DNA from: Candidatus Kaiserbacteria bacterium
GTDB taxonomy: Bacteria > Patescibacteriota > Minisyncoccia > Phycocordibacterales > Phycocordibacteraceae
DNA length: 57,524 nucleotides
Direction of reading: 5' to 3'
NCBI GenBank assembly: GCA_023269035.1
Contig: JAHFMJ010000003.1
Location: forward strand, 1 to 57,524
Below, piece after piece: positions 19,079 through 27,179 of the stretch. Each line of letters opens with the position of its first letter. Position 1 is the stretch's first letter. Position numbers and translations under genes: made by a program. Below the pieces are notes generated by a model, which made no database searches, was not told where the DNA came from, and was given only the letters and a program-made list of their open reading frames with translations.

Positions 19079-19801
19079 GTGAAAATCAGCTTCGTCATAC
19101 CGGCATATAACGAGGAACACTACCTGCCAGGGTGTCTGCAAGCCTTGAGGACAGAGATATCGCGGCATGGTGACGCGTTGGAAACCGAAATCATCGTCGT
19201 GAACAATGCCTCTACCGACGACACTGCAGAGGTGGCTTCTCTTTTTGGCGCAACTGTGGTTAACGAACCGACAAAAGGGGTCGCCCGGGCTCGGCAAAAA
19301 GGCCTTGAAAATGCGACCGGCGACATCGTTGCGTATATTGATGCTGATACGAAGGTCACTCCTGACTGGATTGTTCTGATGCTCTCGGAGTTCGCTGCCG
19401 ATCCTTCTTTGGTGGCGTTGAGCGGTTCATGCATATTTTATGACCTGCCTAATTTTTGGCGTTTCGTTGCTGGTCCTTACCAGGCGTTCGTGGGATGGAT
19501 GACCGATCTCGTAACCGGGCAGTTGGTGTTCGGGGGCAATTTTGCAGCACGTCGTTCAAGCCTGCTTGCGGTCGGAGGATTCGACGTCTCCATCGTCTTT
19601 TATGGCGAAGATCAGAACATCGTTCAACGTCTGAAAAAGATCGGCAAGTACAAATTCAGTTTGAAACTGCTGGCGTACACTTCTGCCCGTCGCTTCAATG
19701 CCGAAGGCGTCTTGCGAACGGCATCTACCTACGCATCGCATTTCGTCTACGCCTATGTTCTTGGACGTCCGCCGAGATCGGACTATCGCGATATCCGTTG
19801 A
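19079..19801 (+). CDS. family 2 glycosyltransferase
   Basis: SFVIPAYNEE N-terminus and IDADT (DxD). GTG 19079 inferred as the start; the upstream ORF part is antisense to the neighbouring gene. Confidence 0.8.
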   Translation: MKISFVIPAYNEEHYLPGCLQALRTEISRHGDALETEIIVVNNASTDDTAEVASLFGATVVNEPTKGVARARQKGLENATGDIVAYIDADTKVTPDWIVLMLSEFAADPSLVALSGSCIFYDLPNFWRFVAGPYQAFVGWMTDLVTGQLVFGGNFAARRSSLLAVGGFDVSIVFYGEDQNIVQRLKKIGKYKFSLKLLAYTSARRFNAEGVLRTASTYASHFVYAYVLGRPPRSDYRDIR

Positions 19802-20808
19802 TGAAGCAGATCATCTTTGTTACCGACGCATGGGAGCCGCAGGTGAACGGCGTCGTGACCGCAGTGGAGATGACCACTCGGATACTTAAGGAGAGAGGAT
19901 ATGAGGTTACCGTCATCCACCCTGGACATTTTAAAACTTTCCCGCTACCTCTGTATCCGGAGATCCGCCTTGCCCTCTTTCCGTACCTTCGTGTGCAAAA
20001 AATCCTTCGCCAACAACCGCATGCGGCTATTCACATCGCAACAGAAGGCCCGCTTGGCCTCGCGGCACGGCGTTTTTGTCTAAAAAACACCATTTCGTTC
20101 AGCACGTCCTATCACACCCAGTTCCATCTCCACCTCCAAAAGCGAGTACGGGGTCTCACTGGGGTTGCGTACCGTTTTTTGCGCTGGTTCCATGCGCCTG
20201 CCACGGTTACGATGGTTGCTAGCCAAAGCCTAAAAGACCAACTTGAAGGAGCCGGATTCCGGCATCTTGCCCTCTGGCCGCTCGGGGTCGACACAAAACT
20301 TTTCACCCGCAATCCCTCTCCACAGGTATTAAACCTCGTGCATCCCGTTTTTGGTTACTTCGGACGCCTCGCGAAAGAAAAAAGTCCTGAAGAATTTCTC
20401 AAACTCGACCTCCCCGGAACAAAATTGGTGATAGGCGACGGCCCTATGCGAAAAGAACTTGAAGCTCGGTATGGTGAGTCCGCAGCTTTTGTCGGATACA
20501 AAAAAGGGCAGGGCCTGGTTGATCACCTCTCTACCGTTGACGTGCTCGTATTCCCGTCTCGTACGGAAACCTTCGGGCTCGTGATTGTCGAGGCTCTTGC
20601 CATCGGCATCCCCGTCGCTGCGCATGCGGCCATGGGTCCGCAAGACATCATTGAGAACGGCGTTGACGGCTATATTGATGAGGACTTACAGAAAGCCGCA
20701 ATCACGTGTCTCTCGCTCAACAGAGATAACTGCCGCAAGAAAGCGCTTCTTTTTTCCTGGGAAAGAGCCACTGATATATTTCTCACTAACGTGGTGACGT
20801 CGCACTAA
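19801..20808 (+). CDS. family 4 (GT-B, GT1-type) glycosyltransferase
   Basis: MKQIIFVTDAWEPQVNGV N-terminus and FPSRTETFGLVIVEALAIGIPV (E-x7-E region). The ATG overlaps the GT2 stop (TGATG). Confidence 0.88.
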   Translation: MKQIIFVTDAWEPQVNGVVTAVEMTTRILKERGYEVTVIHPGHFKTFPLPLYPEIRLALFPYLRVQKILRQQPHAAIHIATEGPLGLAARRFCLKNTISFSTSYHTQFHLHLQKRVRGLTGVAYRFLRWFHAPATVTMVASQSLKDQLEGAGFRHLALWPLGVDTKLFTRNPSPQVLNLVHPVFGYFGRLAKEKSPEEFLKLDLPGTKLVIGDGPMRKELEARYGESAAFVGYKKGQGLVDHLSTVDVLVFPSRTETFGLVIVEALAIGIPVAAHAAMGPQDIIENGVDGYIDEDLQKAAITCLSLNRDNCRKKALLFSWERATDIFLTNVVTSH

Positions 20809-21425
20809 GTGCGATTTTTCCATTCCACCAAAGCGCCGGCCTTCTGTTCCATGTTGTCTGCCCGGCGGATAGAGCGTTCATTGTTCCGAGGAATGAGTGC
20901 GATGTGGGGAAGTGCATTGAGCCTCGTATCGATATACCAGAGTTCTTCTTCCGCGCTAATCCACTTGCTTCCAAGCGTGCGGAGGTTGAGAGGTGTCGAA
21001 TAACTACGCAGGGTCTTCTTGCCGTTTGTGTCCAAGAACCATTCATGGAAATAGGAGAGTGCGAGCTCCCGAAGCGTCTTGTATATAGGGTCACGAAATC
21101 GCAACACCGCATGATTGGTCTTGCTAATGGCCCCCCAGTAGCCATTGCGCTTGTAGAGCGCTACAACGTGGTCGTCATCCGGACGCTGTGCCGCGAGGTC
21201 CATAATGAGGGGTTTTTCTCCATAGAGCCAAAGCGCCGTAGCAGCAAAAAGGGCTCCCTCGATGCAATGAGCCTTTCTTTCGCGCAAGACCCGGCGCGGA
21301 GACATATGAGTTTCGCCGTGACGTTCGTGATTGAAAGGCAGCGAGTCAAGAAAGTCCTGGATTTTTATAGGTGAGGAGAGCTTTTTGAAGACCGCAAGCT
21401 CTTTTCCATCGAGAGAGAACATCAT
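20805..21425 (-). CDS. transglutaminase/papain-fold cysteine peptidase-like protein (functional call tentative)
   Basis: Candidate Cys (KAHCIEGALF) and His (DDDHVVALY) in the usual order. The start ATGATG overlaps the upstream stop codon. Confidence 0.55.
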   Translation of the reverse strand: MMFSLDGKELAVFKKLSSPIKIQDFLDSLPFNHERHGETHMSPRRVLRERKAHCIEGALFAATALWLYGEKPLIMDLAAQRPDDDHVVALYKRNGYWGAISKTNHAVLRFRDPIYKTLRELALSYFHEWFLDTNGKKTLRSYSTPLNLRTLGSKWISAEEELWYIDTRLNALPHIALIPRNNERSIRRADNMEQKAGALVEWKNRT

Positions 21426-21985
21426 GATGAGTAGAGGGTAGCGAGAATCGCTACTGCTCCGGTGAGAAATTTCTTGGTCTTTTCGACAAAAGCCAATTTC
21501 TCCTTGACCGTCAGCGTATCGTACCATCCGGGCTTTTGTAGCTCGCCCAGGAATTCCTGAGCATTTCTCACTAACGTCGTGAGCTTGCTTTTACCCTGCA
21601 AGGAAGATGGTGCCGCAAGAGCGGAGATAGTTTCAAGCGCATTCAATGCGGCTCCGATGTTATTAACCCTGAGCGCATTGGTGTCAAGAGAGGTCAGTAT
21701 CTGAACAGGAAGGGCTTTTCTCCAGGAGCGCCTCTCTTCGTGATTTGCAAAGGTGTCGATGATGATTGGGGCCCTGAGAAAGGAGTAGATTGAAGCGACT
21801 TGTGAAGAGAGGTACTTGTTGCCCATCTTCTCCAAACCTTCGACTTCCTGATCCGTCTTAGCCAGTATGAGAGAACTAGGGATCCGTATCTCTTTGATAT
21901 GGCCGGTCTGCAAAAGAAACCCGTGTACCTGTTCCGAGGTAAGCGGATTGTCACTGCTAGCTCGACTTTCCAGACCGGATGCCAT
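21422..21985 (-). CDS. hypothetical protein (187 aa)
   Basis: ORF translationally coupled to the downstream gene. No recognisable motif. Confidence 0.5.
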   Translation of the reverse strand: MASGLESRASSDNPLTSEQVHGFLLQTGHIKEIRIPSSLILAKTDQEVEGLEKMGNKYLSSQVASIYSFLRAPIIIDTFANHEERRSWRKALPVQILTSLDTNALRVNNIGAALNALETISALAAPSSLQGKSKLTTLVRNAQEFLGELQKPGWYDTLTVKEKLAFVEKTKKFLTGAVAILATLYSS

Positions 21986-22023
21986 AACAAGTATTATTAG
22001 TGTATACTACCTCAAAACTAAAT

Positions 22024-22959
22024 ATGGACAGAAACCTAGCGCTCGAGTTCGTGAGGGTGACAGAGGCCGCAGCGATAGCAGCTTATGCGTGGATAGGTAA
22101 AGGCGATAATAATGCCGCTGACGGCGCTGCAGTGGACGCTATGCGCACCTGGTTCAATGAGATACCTTTCAGCGGCAAGGTTGTCATAGGCGAGGGCAGT
22201 AAAGACGAGGCCCCGGAATTGTATACCGGAGAGAAGATAGGCCTCGGAGGCGCGCCCTACATGGACATCGCCGTCGATCCGCTTGAATGCACCAACTCAG
22301 TTGCCTATGGCCGCTACAACGCGACCAGCGTCATCGCGGCAGGCCCGCGCGGCACGCTGCTCTCCGCACCAGATACGTACATGGATAAGATAGCGGTCGG
22401 ACGCAAAGCAAAAAAAGCGATCAACCTCGATGCCTCTGTTGCGACGAACATCAAGAACGTTGCAAAAGCTCTCGGCAAGAAAGTCTCTGATGTTACGGTA
22501 ATCATCCTCGAGCGTGATCGGCACAAGAGCCTCATCCAGGAAGTCCGCAAAGCCGGAGCGCGGGTTCGGCTCATCAGCGACGGCGACGTTGCGGCGGCAA
22601 TAGCAACCTGCATGCCTGACTCCGGCATTGACCTCTTGTTGGGGGTTGGTGGCTCGACTGAGGCGGTCCTCGGGGGTGCAGCGGTCAAGATACTTGGCGG
22701 CGAGATGTATTGCCGTTTCAAGCCCACCGACGCGCACCACGCTAACCTGGTAAAAAAAGCTGGTTTCAATACGAAGAAGATCTATTCGACCGAGGACCTC
22801 GCGAAAGGGAAAGAGCTGATGTTCACCGCGACTGGCATCATAGACGGCCCGCTGCTCCCTGGCGTCCTCGTCACTAACGATGCACTCATAACGCACTCAG
22901 TCGTCGTGCGCGGAGAGACAAGCACCCTCCGCTATGTCACAACCCATCATCAACGCTAA
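22024..22959 (+). CDS. glpX: fructose-1,6-bisphosphatase class II
   Basis: GlpX-like throughout (LALEFVRVTEAAAIAAY..., ISDGDVAAAI). ATG 22024; TATACT 22003-22008 lies upstream. Confidence 0.92.
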   Translation: MDRNLALEFVRVTEAAAIAAYAWIGKGDNNAADGAAVDAMRTWFNEIPFSGKVVIGEGSKDEAPELYTGEKIGLGGAPYMDIAVDPLECTNSVAYGRYNATSVIAAGPRGTLLSAPDTYMDKIAVGRKAKKAINLDASVATNIKNVAKALGKKVSDVTVIILERDRHKSLIQEVRKAGARVRLISDGDVAAAIATCMPDSGIDLLLGVGGSTEAVLGGAAVKILGGEMYCRFKPTDAHHANLVKKAGFNTKKIYSTEDLAKGKELMFTATGIIDGPLLPGVLVTNDALITHSVVVRGETSTLRYVTTHHQR

Positions 22960-23198
22960 GAGACGAGGGTAAGGCCGTCAGGATGAAAAGGAGCCGCGAT
23001 CCAGCTGTTGCCTTTCTTAGTGCGGCATAACTTCCATAGGGTTCCATCCCAAAAGTCTAAAAAGACCGCTTTGTTGGTTATCGAAGAGACCCGAGAATGG
23101 CGCTTGATACCCTTATCAGCGCATAACTGTGCAATACTTCTTCTTTTCTCTTTCTGAGCGCTTGCGTGCATCACGAAGTATAAAGCGGTCTCGCGCAT
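22956..23198 (-). CDS. hypothetical small protein (about 80 aa), weak call
   Basis: ORF only. No motif and no clear promoter. Confidence 0.3.
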   Translation of the reverse strand: MRETALYFVMHASAQKEKRRSIAQLCADKGIKRHSRVSSITNKAVFLDFWDGTLWKLCRTKKGNSWIAAPFHPDGLTLVS

Positions 23199-23261
23199 GG
23201 ACAAAAGGTACCCCTCAAAGGGATGGCATGCAAGCGGCTTCCGGCTTAAGTCCGGAGAGTG

Positions 23262-23603
23262 CTAGATAGGGAAGTAGGAGGAAAACTTACCCACAAGCGG
23301 GAGTTGCTTTTCCTTTCCTTGGGTTACGTACACGATGCCGATGATGGAGAGGATAAGCGTGCCGATGTTGACGGCTTGCCAGAGGAGGAACAGCATCCAA
23401 AACATAGAACTCAATATCCAAACAGCAACCTCTATGACGAAGAGGACAAGTCCTTGCTTGATGTGGAACTTAACGAACGGGTCGTCTTTTGCGACAAGGT
23501 ACGAAACGATAACAAGCGGCCCGATGTAAGCAAGGATGCCCATCAGGGTGTTTTTCTTATCTCCTCCAGCCGGTGCGCTCATATTTTCCTCAGCCATATA
23601 CAA
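23262..23603 (-). CDS. DUF4870-like small membrane protein
   Basis: LMGILAYIGPLVIVSYLVAKDDPFVKFHIKQGLVLF pattern with 3 TM. Confidence 0.68.
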   Translation of the reverse strand: MYMAEENMSAPAGGDKKNTLMGILAYIGPLVIVSYLVAKDDPFVKFHIKQGLVLFVIEVAVWILSSMFWMLFLLWQAVNIGTLILSIIGIVYVTQGKEKQLPLVGKFSSYFPI

Positions 23604-23647
23604 ACTATTGGTGATTACTTTTTAAACTGCCGTCAAGCAGTATACCA

Positions 23648-23917
23648 CTAGTTTTGAGGAGGTTTTTCTTGTAGCAGGAACGTATCGTTGAGATACGCTA
23701 ACTCGCTGCGCATCTGCCTGACAAGCCGTAATTCAGGTTCGGGAGCGACCGTCCGCTCCAAAAGCGCTTCCTCGATGAAACCGAGCACCGTCGAGAGGTA
23801 GGCGAAGTAATCGGCCGAGTGGACGTGGAAGAGGAGGCGGTTTATCTTTTCCTTTTCAGCGGCTTCCAAAAAATGAATCGGTGGAAAGATAGGCGAGTGC
23901 TGATCATTAGTGTCCAT
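23648..23917 (-). CDS. hypothetical protein (89 aa)
   Basis: ORF only. Confidence 0.45.
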   Translation of the reverse strand: MDTNDQHSPIFPPIHFLEAAEKEKINRLLFHVHSADYFAYLSTVLGFIEEALLERTVAPEPELRLVRQMRSELAYLNDTFLLQEKPPQN

Positions 23918-24003
23918 AGAATACTATTTAGGTGAATGCAGATTCTACCACTCGGATCCTTAAAACAAACTGTGGATTATTTTTTCTGATACACTGCATC
24001 GAC

Positions 24004-25218
24004 ATGCAACGACGAATCCTACCTGTCCTTTTTGCAACGCTCGTGCTTGATGCGGTCTCGTTCGGTATTGTCATACCCATCATTCCCATAGTCCTTACCG
24101 ACCCGAGCTCGCCCTCGTTCATCCTGAAGGGCTTCTCCACCGCCTCTCAGCTCCTCATTGCAGGGCTCGTGACTGCGGTCTTCGGCCTCATGCAGTTCAT
24201 AGGCGCCCCGATCCTTGGAGAGCTCTCTGACGTGTATGGAAGAAAACGGCTTCTGACCGTCGGCGTCGGAGCCCTCGCCTTCTCCCAGCTCCTCTTCGGC
24301 TTTGGCGTTGAGATCCATGCCCTCTGGTTGCTCTTCTTCAGCCGTATCGTCGGCGGGCTTGCTGCCGCAAACTTCGCCATTGCCCAGGCCACCATCGCTG
24401 ACGTCACCGAGCCAAAGGATCGCGCAAAGAACTTTGGCCTGGTTGGCGCGGCCTTCGGCATCGGATTTATCATCGGGCCTCTTCTCTCAGGCTGGCTGAC
24501 CAATATTTTCTCAAGCGCGTCAGCACCATTCTGGTTTGCCGCCGCTCTTGGCCTGCTGAACGTCCTCTCCCTCTCCCTCTTAATGCCGGAGACGAAAAAG
24601 CATATCGCGGAATCCGCACGGAAATTCCACTTTATGAAGGGTGTACAGAATATTAAAGCCGCATTCAATGATGTCGACACTCGGCCGGTATACCTGACGA
24701 GCTTTTTGTATCTCTCGGGATTTGCGTTTTTTATAGCGTTCTCCGGTATCTATCTCGTACAGCGTTTTGGCATCTCTCCGGCTGAGCTGGGGACCTTTTT
24801 CGGGGTCGTTGGAGGTTGGATCATCTTGACCCAAGCGGTTATCTTACGCATCCTCACCAAGCGCTACAGTGAACGCACGATACTCCGCTATTCCATCCTT
24901 ATGATGGGTGCCGGGCTTTTCATCTACCCGCTTCTGCCCTCGATGGCCTTGGTGTACGCCATACTCCCTATCATTGCGATAGGGAACGGCCTCTCTGTAG
25001 CGAATGTCGGGGCTCTCATCAGTAAAGGCGTCTCGGCAGATAAGCAGGGGGCCGCACTCGGCATCAACGGGTCCTTGATGGCCCTCGGTAACGGGGTTGC
25101 ACCGATAGTTGCCGGTGCGATAAGCGCCTGGCTGTCCATAGCGGCACCTTTCTTCCTTGGAGCCTTTTTTGTCAGTTGCGCATGGCTCGTTCTTTTCGGC
25201 TTACGGAAGAGCGTATAA
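24004..25218 (+). CDS. MFS transporter (drug:H+ antiporter-like)
   Basis: About 12 TM, and motif A-like GELSDVYGRKRLL. TACACT 23990-23995 lies 8 nt before ATG 24004. Confidence 0.87.
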   Translation: MQRRILPVLFATLVLDAVSFGIVIPIIPIVLTDPSSPSFILKGFSTASQLLIAGLVTAVFGLMQFIGAPILGELSDVYGRKRLLTVGVGALAFSQLLFGFGVEIHALWLLFFSRIVGGLAAANFAIAQATIADVTEPKDRAKNFGLVGAAFGIGFIIGPLLSGWLTNIFSSASAPFWFAAALGLLNVLSLSLLMPETKKHIAESARKFHFMKGVQNIKAAFNDVDTRPVYLTSFLYLSGFAFFIAFSGIYLVQRFGISPAELGTFFGVVGGWIILTQAVILRILTKRYSERTILRYSILMMGAGLFIYPLLPSMALVYAILPIIAIGNGLSVANVGALISKGVSADKQGAALGINGSLMALGNGVAPIVAGAISAWLSIAAPFFLGAFFVSCAWLVLFGLRKSV

Positions 25219-25225
25219 TCGCTCC

Positions 25226-25459
25226 ATGTACGTAAAAGTCCGTGTTCACGCCGCAAGCAAGAAAGAGGAGATACGTGAGACCGACGATAACCATTTTGAG
25301 ATTTCCGTAAGAGAGGAAGCGGTACAGAACATGGCAAATAGGCGGGCCGTAGAGCTCGTGGCAGCATACCTCCATGTGAACGCCAGGCAGATACGCATCA
25401 TCAGCGGCCATCACTCGCCCTCGAAGATCTTTGTAGTGGATGATGCTGCCTTACGCTGA
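25226..25459 (+). CDS. DUF167 (YggU-like) protein
   Basis: MYVKVRVHAASKKEEIRE...ANRRAVELVAAYL pattern. 77 aa. Confidence 0.7.
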   Translation: MYVKVRVHAASKKEEIRETDDNHFEISVREEAVQNMANRRAVELVAAYLHVNARQIRIISGHHSPSKIFVVDDAALR

Positions 25460-25960
25460 CTTTGTTTTTTCGCCCGAAACATCGAGCACAAGCTTGTCCG
25501 ACGTGAATGACATACAGAGCGTGGTGACCGCATAGCCGCTCCTTGCCAGTAGCCGATTGAGTTGAGCCTGGAAAGTGGCGTTGATTTTCTCGCCGCCTAT
25601 CTTATCCTCGATCATCTTCTCGACATTCTTAATCGCGATCTTCTTCGGAACTACCGTGAATGAAGTCACGCTTATTTTTCCGGTGCTTTTGCCCTGGGGA
25701 TCGGTGATGTTTTCGAGATTGATAGTCAAGTTTATGTCTTTGGCACCTATCGGGGTATCTACGGTGAATTTTGTCGTTACAACCGCCTTAGCCGATTGGA
25801 TCTGAACCGAAAGGGATTCGATGTTTGTGACGTTTCCTAAGGAGAGGACGATGCTCCGCATCAGCGTTTCAAGCTCTTTCGGAGAGAGCTCTGCGTGGAA
25901 TGAGTTCCCGCTCTCGAAAGACTCGATGACCGGCGTAAGCCATGTCTTTTCTCCAGCCAT
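25451..25960 (-). CDS. hypothetical protein (169 aa)
   Basis: ORF. TATACT (25975-25970, minus strand) lies 9 nt before the ATG. Confidence 0.55.
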   Translation of the reverse strand: MAGEKTWLTPVIESFESGNSFHAELSPKELETLMRSIVLSLGNVTNIESLSVQIQSAKAVVTTKFTVDTPIGAKDINLTINLENITDPQGKSTGKISVTSFTVVPKKIAIKNVEKMIEDKIGGEKINATFQAQLNRLLARSGYAVTTLCMSFTSDKLVLDVSGEKTKSA

Positions 25961-25989
25961 GATGCGGCTAGTATATCAGCTTTATGCTA

Positions 25990-26017
25990 TTGGCAAAAGA
26001 TTTGTTTTAAGTACACT
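25990..26017 (+). promoter_or_regulatory. candidate promoter TTGGCA-16-TACACT, 7 nt before ATG 26025
   Basis: TTGGCA 25990-25995 and TACACT 26012-26017. Confidence 0.45.
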
Positions 26018-26024
26018 AAACAAT

Positions 26025-26156
26025 ATGAGCAATCCAGAGACAAAGGGATTCCGGATACACCGCGCAGCCGAAAAGTGTAGAAATCCATATGGCTACGAAC
26101 GCTGCCTGACCTCGCCTCATGGTACGCCAGAGACGTGCCGTGCTGCCTGGTGCTAG
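26025..26156 (+). CDS. small Cys-containing peptide (43 aa), candidate
   Basis: MSNPETKGFRIHRAAEKCRNPYGYERCLTSPHGTPETCRAAWC. This is the internal ATG of the 111-aa track ORF, positioned exactly at leaderless spacing from the promoter. Confidence 0.35.
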   Translation: MSNPETKGFRIHRAAEKCRNPYGYERCLTSPHGTPETCRAAWC

Positions 26157-26216
26157 TAGATTTTCCTTTGATTGGGTGCTATTTTACTCACAACAAGCGC
26201 GAGCTTGTTAAAGCAT

Positions 26217-26288
26217 TCCGCGGTAGCTCAATGGTAGAGCAGCTCCCTGTTAAGGAGTTGGTTGTAGGTTCGAGTCCTACCCGCGGAG
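26217..26288 (+). tRNA. tRNA-Asn (anticodon GTT)
   Basis: Hand-folded cloverleaf. Acceptor TCCGCGG/CCGCGGA, D arm GCTC-AATGGTA-GAGC, anticodon loop CTGTTAA, T arm GTAGG-TTCGAGT-CCTAC, and discriminator G. No encoded CCA. Confidence 0.95.
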
Positions 26289-26302
26289 CATCCGAGCGAA
26301 AA

Positions 26303-26330
26303 GAAGAGCCCTGAAGGGGCTTTTTCTTTT
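26303..26330 (+). terminator. intrinsic terminator after tRNA-Asn
   Basis: AGCCC (26307-26311) / GGGCT (26317-26321) with a TGAAG loop, followed by TTTTCTTTT. Confidence 0.7.
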
Positions 26331-26359
26331 TCGAGGATGCGACTGCGGGCAATCTTAAT

Positions 26360-26372
26360 TACCCGCGGAGCA
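26360..26372 (+). repeat. 13-nt direct repeat of the tRNA-Asn 3' end (TACCCGCGGAGCA; first copy 26278-26290)
   Basis: Exact 13/13 match, 82 nt downstream of the first copy. Confidence 0.85.
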
Positions 26373-26397
26373 CTTTTCAGTGCTAAAATTCCTCCAA

Positions 26398-26661
26398 ATG
26401 ACCATCCTCGCTTTACTCGCCTCCGGTATGGGTGTCGTCCTCGGACTTTCTAGTTTTCCGCAGGTCATTAAAATATTCATAACCAAAAGCGCGAAAGACC
26501 TGTCGCTCATCACATACCTGATTGTAGAGTTCGGCTCTATTGTATGGGTCTTGTATGGTTTTGAATTGCAGAATTTTGCAATCGTCATTTCTAACATGCT
26601 TGGATTGGTAACAACAACCCTTGTACTTATCGGCTACTTTTTATATGGCCGCAGTAAGTGA
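26398..26661 (+). CDS. SemiSWEET (PQ-loop) sugar transporter
   Basis: 3 TM with the PQ motif SSFPQVIKIF. About 87 aa from ATG 26398. TGCTAAAAT (26381-26389) lies 8 nt upstream. Lower GC than surrounding genes. Confidence 0.78.
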   Translation: MTILALLASGMGVVLGLSSFPQVIKIFITKSAKDLSLITYLIVEFGSIVWVLYGFELQNFAIVISNMLGLVTTTLVLIGYFLYGRSK

Positions 26662-26744
26662 ACAAGGTCTACCTTCCTAAGGTAACCTCTTGCTTCATGC
26701 TTCGGTTATAGTAGTAATAGAAGCGTGTTTAAAAATAAAACGCC

Positions 26745-27026
26745 ATGCTAAAACATCCGAGCGCTTGGGTTCCATTAGCTCTCACTGCTGCGATTCTAAT
26801 CATGTTTGGACTCTACTTCGCGAGAGTCATAGCACCTGATCCTACGGGCGATGAAGGTACAGCGGCACACTTATTTCAAATATGGATCGTGTTAGAGGCA
26901 CTTACGGTCGGCTTCTTTGCCTTGAAATGCCTCACAGCAAAGCCCAAAGAGGCGCTGACGATACTGGGACTTCAGATTGTATTCGCGCTCGTACCCCTCT
27001 CAATTGTTTTCAGCCTACGCCTATAG
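26745..27026 (+). CDS. small membrane protein (93 aa, 3 TM-like)
   Basis: Hydrophobic ORF. Confidence 0.5.
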   Translation: MLKHPSAWVPLALTAAILIMFGLYFARVIAPDPTGDEGTAAHLFQIWIVLEALTVGFFALKCLTAKPKEALTILGLQIVFALVPLSIVFSLRL

Positions 27027-27179
27027 TCGGCCCAACAAGGGTTTGTGGTCGAAAAACAAGTTCTAACCGCACTCAGTTCACGGAATTCCTCATTTCGGTT
27101 ACAAAACCCACTTACGATGGTTGTATTTCTCTCGTTAAGAGAGCAAGATGTAGATAAGAATTTATTAATACACTCGTTC

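Noticed and set aside
19456-19800. N-terminal extensions of track ORFs: 19456-19800 before the GT4 gene, 13858-14163 on the DedA ORF, 8307-8429 on the DsbA ORF, 48393-48455 on mreB-2, 54702-54854 on rsmH, 25821-26024, and 27045-27179.
   Set aside because: The extensions overlap neighbouring genes or promoters, lack homology to the family N-termini, and have Arg/Ser-rich composition. Internal starts match family alignments and promoter spacing.
26192-26209. Hairpin AACAAGC-GCGA-GCTTGTT (GNRA loop) immediately upstream of tRNA-Asn.
   Set aside because: There is no U tract on either strand, so it is not a terminator. It is most simply part of the tRNA precursor 5' leader or promoter region, and there is nothing else to support a distinct function.
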